Positions 57,799-64,000 of a stretch of 64,000 nt of DNA are shown in pieces. This stretch comes from Blepharisma stoltei ATCC 30299 (Eukaryota > Protista > Ciliophora). Below the pieces are notes generated by a model. The model searched no databases. It worked only from the letters and a program-made list of their open reading frames with translations, and was not told where the DNA came from. Both the position numbers and the translations under genes were made by a program. Location: positions 186,001-250,000 of the forward strand of contig CBFDEM010000027.1 in NCBI GenBank assembly GCA_965603825.1, read 5' to 3'. How positions within the stretch are numbered: position 1 is the first letter of the stretch; every line of letters starts with the position of its first letter.

Positions 57799-59816
57799 AT
57801 GGAAGCTCAATTAGAGTGTCCTGTCTGCTTGACAAAGTACACAACGAAATCTAATCGCCCAAAGTCCTTACATTGTGGACACAATATATGCTGCGAGTGC
57901 ACTTCTGGTTTATTATTAAAACCAAAGCCCTCATGCCCATTATGTCTTCGAGAGATAATCAACATTAATTCTATTGAGGATTTAGGTGATGCCTGATTTA
58001 TCCTGGATAGATTGAATTTTATTGAGTTGGTATGCCAAAATCACCCTCAGCAATTAGCTTCATATTTCAATACTCACAAATACAAAACCCTCAAAAAATT
58101 CCTGCAAGCCAAAGACAAAAATTCAGAGAAATTTCTACCAAGCCAAACCAAGAAAAATTACGCCTTTATAAAGAATTATCAGGATTAGTAAAATCTATTT
58201 GTTGTGATATCCATACAAAAACAAATGGGATTTTGATTAATATTGAGAATGGAGAAGTGCTATGTGAAAATTGTCCGCCCCAAAGAAACCCTTCAGTTTT
58301 ACCTATAGAAAACGCTGATACTTTTGATAAAATGCTTAAAAATATAAACTCACATATATCTCACGTTCATTATGCAAGAATTAATAGTGATTTGAAATTC
58401 ATGCTAAAAGAATTTTTAAGAAAATCAACAGAAGAAAAAATATTTTTATTGAAAAAAATAAAGAGCATTCATACAGAGACAAACGAGGAAAGGGGAAAGC
58501 TATTGAGTCCACTCTGTATTTTATGTGATAAAGAATTTAATTTATCTAACAAAAGACCAAAAGCGCTTTCATGCCCAGCCACTCACCTGATCTGTCAAGA
58601 TTGCTCACAATTTTTAAAATCTACCTCAAATGCAGTTACTTGTCCATTGGATTTCATCATAACCCAGCCTCACATATTGCAAGATATTTTTTCTGAAAAT
58701 TTATCGCCAGGCACTTGCTTAACATGCCAAGAGTTTTTTGATGGAAATTCTAGGCTGCCTATGATTTTACCTTGTGGATCCTTATGTTGCTCTGTCTGTA
58801 TCGAAAACCATTTTCCTGGAGGTTCTGGACCTTGCTTTTTCTGCAATGAGCAACACCAAAATGTTTTTCCTTCTCCGAGAATTAAAAGTCAGCTGATCTC
58901 AGAGATCATAGAACTATGCATAATTTATTGTAACACACATCAAAATAATGTCGCTTATTATCTGGACGCTGAAGAGCTAGTAGGATTATGTAGGCAATGT
59001 GGACAAGGAAGGAATAAACAGCAAATTATAGGAACCGATTTTAATTTAGCTGAATTTTTAGCAAGAGAATGCTTTAAGCAAGGAAATGATTTGGGAAATA
59101 AATTGACACCAAAAATAAGCAAGGAACTTTCTGAGGTAAGAAATTTGGGGAATATAGCAAAATTGCAGCTAATAAAAGAAATAAAAAGAATTAAAGCAGG
59201 GCAGCCTTTAATTTTGCCTTCTACTATGGTTCAAGGGCCTGGGAATTTCAAAGGAAGAGCTATAGCTCCAGCGAATTTTCCAAACTTAACCGTTTTAACT
59301 AGATTTCGGTCTATTTTACCACCAGAAAATATCAAAGGGATCATTCCACCTCCACTTAAAGCTTGGTTTATTGATAAGAAAAAAAATCAGGTTGAAGCTG
59401 TCTCATTCAAAGTAAACCGAGAAATTGAAATTTTCGGAGTAGGAATTTCAGGACCAAGCAAGCCAGATTTAATAGGAAAAATAGAATTCTTCAGCATTAT
59501 CAGAGGTGAAAATTTAGGCGGCCATATCGAATGAAGAGATCTTGAAAATCGAGACTTCCATAATAGCTCAATAGTCGAAGATTTCTTTTTCGCAAGACCA
59601 ATTGCAATTCACCCTCACGAATCCTATTCATTTTTATTTAAAATCGACGCTGAGCAAGTGTTCCGAGGAAATCCAACTGACAGAGTCGAAGTCCAGCAAG
59701 GCTCAGACGGGGCTTTATTTGAATTTTTTGAGCCACGAAACAAAGCAGGTTACTTCTTAAACGGCCAATTATTTATTTCCGGCCCATTAATTCGAATAAT
59801 TTATAAGAGCTTATAG
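57799..59816 (+). pseudogene. Multi-RING / B-box-like / C-terminal PHR-domain E3-like gene with a frameshift near 58080-58100
   Basis: RING CPVC..PKSLHCGHNICCEC..CPLC in frame 57799; two more RINGs and a PHR-like end (EAVSFKVNREIEIFGVGISG...NGQLFISGPLIRIIY) in frame 58032; no tiny intron explains the shift. Confidence 0.65.
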
Positions 59817-59852
59817 GCTGAAAATGTCATTGATTTTTCGAATTAATTAATA

Positions 59853-60896
59853 ATGGAATCTAAATCTGATGACTTTTCTTGCAATAGATGCAAAAAACCT
59901 TACAATACGACTGACCGAGAGCCTCTAATGCTCCCATGTGGGCACACATTTTGTTCTCAATGTATCCAGGCTTTATCAGTTAAAAAAAATATCATTTGTC
60001 CTGATAATCCTGCCCATACCACAGACGTCCCCTATCAAAAACTCCCCAAAAATTACTCTCTTTTGAACCTTATGTGGAAATCTTCAACAAAAGAAGAATG
60101 CGGTGAGCATAAAAAGCCTTTAGATTACATTTGTGTTGAAGATAAAATAAAGACATGTGCTGATTGCGCTTTATTTGGGGTTCATAAATTCCATGATATT
60201 AGACCTATTCAAGCTTCTACGAGTGAAATAGCTATTAAAGCTGTTTATTTAATTGGGATGTCAGAGCAGATTAATCATGGAATATCGGAATATTTTAGTG
60301 AAAATAATAAGCAAAGAATGGAGCTTGTTTATGAAGAATTTCAGAAAAAAAAAAGAATGCAGGAAAAAGAGATAAGAGAAGGCTTTCAAAAACTGAGGAA
60401 AAAATTAATAGAGACAGAAAAACAGGCGCTGAAACTTATGCAGAGAAATTTTGAATTTATTGAGTATCATTTGGTAGCTGCAAGGGATATTCCAAAATTG
60501 ATAAATTCTCAAGCTATAATATGAAAAGAAAAAGTAGATATCAAGCTAAAAAACATCATAAATCATGCTGGAGATCTTAATTATATCCCTATTGACCTAT
60601 TAGAGCAAGAGTGCACTGATTTACTAGAAATGGGAAATATGATAATTCAAGATATGGATGGCCTCAAAGACATCAATTTTGATTTTGTTGAAAATATCAT
60701 TCATCAGATTGATGTGGAATTCAAAGAAGAATTGCTTTACAAAATATGTGATATCAGCCCAAATATAAACAAGCTAGGAGCAGAAACGGAAAGAAGAACC
60801 TGCAATCCAGACGATAGTTTGAATGTTTCTCGAGACATAAGTTTTGATTACTCATATGTAAACAACGACAAAATCCTTCAATTTCATCACAATTAA
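59853..60896 (+). CDS. RING + B-box + coiled-coil (TRIM-like) protein (347 aa)
   Basis: CNRC..PLMLPCGHTFCSQC..CP, LPKNYSL, CGEHKKPLDYICVEDKIKTCADCALFGVHKFH; TGA 60522-60524 read through. Confidence 0.85.
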
Positions 60897-60946
60897 TTGT
60901 ATTATAACTGTTTCTAGGCAAATATTATTTTAATTAAAAATTTATG

Positions 60947-61527
60947 TTAAATTTCTTCAACATTATCCCCTTTATTTTTTAGCTTCATTTTATTTGCATC
61001 AATAGCTTCATCTAATAAAATCAGCACATCTGATCGTGAATTGTTGTTGGATTCTGCATTAATTAAAGCTTGATACTGATTCGGTTTCTTTTTAGCAGGC
61101 TTGACCTGGTTAGTTATAACTTGGAAAATATACTCACAAGTCTCATATTCATCACATTTATACCAATTGTCAATTGTATATTTCAGTAGGTTTTTGGCAT
61201 TTTTTTCAGAGGGGTGCATGCTTGTGACATGTATGGCAATTTCTTTTTGCTGAAGGAATTTTCTATAGCAATAAGGGCATTGTAAAGCTGGGTCAAAAGC
61301 TAGTCTTTGTGGTTGGTTTTTCATGACTTCGAGCTTTCGCTCATTTTCAGCTAAGGTGGAGACGAATTTATTTATAGCAAATTCTTCAGGTTCTTTTTTT
61401 GGGCATTTGTGAAGGTTTAAAAATGTTTCTTCAGTGAACTGTCGACTACACTTTTGGCAGATATGAGGGAGATTTTGGTCTTCGCCTGAAAAATCAAGTC
61501 CATCTAACTATTGTTCCTTGATCCCAT
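60947..61527 (-). CDS. Zinc-finger protein (C2HC + C2H2); 5' end uncertain
   Basis: CPYCYRKFLQQKEIAIHVTSMH; frame stays open upstream of ATG 61324 through CQKCSRQF...HKCP to a TAG at 61508-61510; nearest upstream ATGs (61503, 61527) are out of frame. Confidence 0.6.
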
Positions 61528-61572
61528 CAGTTTATTTATGTTTTAATATGGTTCAATTGCATTTTATTTAAG

Positions 61573-62031
61573 ATGAAATTTTCTATTGATTCCATCAATG
61601 AAACCCAAACGATTCGCACATTTACTTGCTCAAACCATGAGTGCTCTCCTTTAAAACTTGCCTTGACAATAGCTTTTCTCTCAATTTTCGGGTTTTATCT
61701 AAAACAATTCTGGACAATTCTAATAATCGTATATCTCTGGCAAAAATATACAAATGAAATTATTGAAGAAACTCTATGTGTAATTAAAGGAGTTGGCATT
61801 CAAATCACTGAAGTAAAGAGAAATTGAGGCACAAGTCATTTATTTATTGAATTGAGTGACATTCGTGAAATCATTATTAATGAAGGTCTAACCCCATATG
61901 ATGTGATTACTTATATTGGAATAATTCTCCACAAACATACAAAATTAATACTTCCTTTCAAGAAATTTTCAATTACCCAGGATCAAGCCAAAGAAATCTA
62001 TTTAGGTGCCAGAGAACTTTTATTTGAATAA
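61573..62031 (+). CDS. PIGH: GPI-GlcNAc transferase subunit PIG-H (152 aa)
   Basis: TM hairpin then EETLCVIKGVGIQI, FIELSDIREIIINEG, IYLGARELL; TGA 61825-61827 read through. Confidence 0.82.
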
Positions 62032-62079
62032 TTAATTTATTTTAGTTTAATAAAAGTAATATAAATAGTATCCGACGAT

Positions 62080-63096
62080 TTAATCATCATTATCTAACTT
62101 GATGGCTAGATAATAATCATGGAGTATTTCGAAAATTCTTTCTTCAAAATTTCTGCAAGCATAATCCAATTCTTCAATGAGATACTTTAATTTTTTATTT
62201 TTTGGATTTATGTAAGCATAGGTGAAGCATCTCGATAAAATTGATGGTATTTTAAAATTATGAGTTGCTTTGCATAACTCATAGGATCTACTATGTGATT
62301 CTTCGTTTTGATTTTCAAGCACTCGATTTTCCTGATAAATTTCTAATAAAAACTTTATCACACTTAACGCTGAATCATAATAAAATTTTGCCAACGATTT
62401 GGTTTCTTCATCAATGCCTAATTCTTCAGGCAGGTTTTCTGCTTCAATGCTTAATCATATCGACTCTATTGTAAAATAATCATTAGTTAAGCTCTCCATA
62501 TCTAGTAACCCTGTGTGGCCATATTTTGGTGAAAACCTATAAAGCAGATTTGTTAGATTTCCAATCTTCCATTTGATTGTTAATTTGGATGCAAACTGCA
62601 GAAGTTTTCTTACTAAGTCATATTCGTCACAATAGTCACCAATAATTTTTTCGCCATAGTCTTTTCTTGCTCTTTTGTCTTCAATGTCTTCTATTTGATC
62701 CTCATCAATACGATAATATGGATGGCAATATTTAATTGCTGATAAATCTAAGTCTTTTTGCTTGTTGCTCCATAGTTCTGTATATAATATAGCTAGTTCA
62801 TTATCTATGTCCTCATATTTTATCTTCCCATAATTTTTCTAAATAATTTTTACCAGTTTTTTCTTTAAAATTCCTTTTAGATTCTTAAGATTGTATTTTG
62901 GTTTTCTATTTATTTCAGAAGGCTTATGATTACTCACAAAATTGGGTACTGAGGCATCCGTCATTGGTGATGGAGGCTCTGTATTACTAAAAATATTTTC
63001 CATATCAACATTCTTCCCAATATTATTACTATCAATAGGTAGACTAAAAATCCGAATGTCATGCTTTTCTTCTTCAAGCGGAACTGATTCTTCCAT
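62080..63096 (-). CDS. Hypothetical protein, one 15-nt intron
   Basis: Intron 62839-62853 and one TGA join ORFs 62839-63174 and 62080-62394; start could be ATG 63096 or 63174. Confidence 0.7.
62839..62853 (-). other. 15-nt spliceosomal intron
   Basis: GTAAAAATTATTTAG, phase 0, in-frame TAG. Confidence 0.85.
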
Positions 63097-63546
63097 GATG
63101 AGTAGAATTATTATTGTTCTACAAATGCCATTAATTTGTCGTAAAAATGAGAAATTATATGAAAAACTGAGCATAATGGAAATTTATTTTCCTATAGAAA
63201 TATATAATATATCAAAAGGGATTAAAGTCTGCTAAGAAATTAATTTAACCATTAGAAAATATAACTAATACTAAAAAAAATAGAAAGTGCTGACTAAACT
63301 TTATTTTTTCTCTTAATCAAAATACTTTGACACAAGCCTATTAATGCCTTTTTAATTATACTTTATTTAGCATGGACTTTTTGAAGTATATAAAACCAAT
63401 ATTTACGATTTATATATTCATTTAAACATTAAAATTGTTATCTAAGACTCGAATTTCTAAATCTCTTAATAAATTGAGAAATAATGATATTAACACCTAT
63501 CTTAGAAAAATTAAAATAATAATTAAATAAACTTTAGAATAAATAA

Positions 63547-64000
63547 ATGGCAACAGTGACTACACAAGCCTTCTTTGGGTTCATGGGAGTATCAAGCGCA
63601 TTGGTTTTCGCTAATCTCGGCGCTGCTTATGGTACTGCAAAAAGTGGAGTAGGTATTTCTTCAATGGGTGTAATTAAGCCAGAACTGATCATGAAATCAA
63701 TCATCCCAGTAGTCATGGCTGGTGTCTTGGGCATTTATGGTCTTATCGTTGCAGTTATTCTCGTCCAAAAAATTAACGACAATGACTACTCATTCTATGA
63801 TGGCTACAAACACTTGGCTTCAGGATTGTGTTGCGGATTAAGCTCATTAGCAGCTGGAATGGCTATAGGAATAGTAGGCGACGCTGGAGTTCGAGCAAAT
63901 GCACAGCAAGATAAAATCTTTGTCGGGATGATTCTGATCCTTATCTTTGCTGAAGCCTTAGGTCTTTATGGACTCATTATTGCACTAATCTTATCTCAAT
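63547..64000 (+). CDS. ATP6V0C: V-ATPase proteolipid subunit c (stop codon runs off the window end; absent from ORF track)
   Basis: [59 protein letters not shown]. Confidence 0.96.
   Translation, partial: MATVTTQAFFGFMGVSSALVFANLGAAYGTAKSGVGISSMGVIKPELIMKSIIPVVMAGVLGIYGLIVAVILVQKINDNDYSFYDGYKHLASGLCCGLSSLAAGMAIGIVGDAGVRANAQQDKIFVGMILILIFAEALGLYGLIIALILSQ

Overview
Gene-dense, AT-rich eukaryotic DNA from a heterotrich ciliate, most likely a Blepharisma macronuclear chromosome. TGA is read as Trp (it sits at invariant Trp positions in delta-tubulin, 14-3-3, CDPK, PDE and WD40 repeats) while TAA/TAG are the stops, and genes carry tiny 15-16 nt GT-AG introns with a fixed A six nt from the 3' end. 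The supplied standard-code ORF track is therefore fragmented; I re-assembled about 50 protein genes by hand, plus one initiator tRNA-Met and 12 tiny introns. Housekeeping genes include EXO1, kinesin, RRP42, DIM1, NDUFS1, SNU13, delta-tubulin, IFT52, UBA3, CDT1, PIG-H and V-ATPase c. Most notable: (1) an acylated armadillo protein that looks like an orthologue of the apicomplexan rhoptry-positioning factor ARO; (2) a 7TM-RGS fusion receptor of the plant RGS1 architecture with a degenerate GAP site; (3) a peroxiredoxin-5-fold protein lacking all three catalytic residues; (4) a GTSF1-type CHHC finger protein; (5) an NLR-like NACHT-WD40 gene with a frameshift beside the tRNA; (6) an eIF4G-like protein with four PAM2 motifs. 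No telomere arrays, transposases, CRISPR or rRNA were seen. All family calls come from motif recognition by eye, not from database searches.
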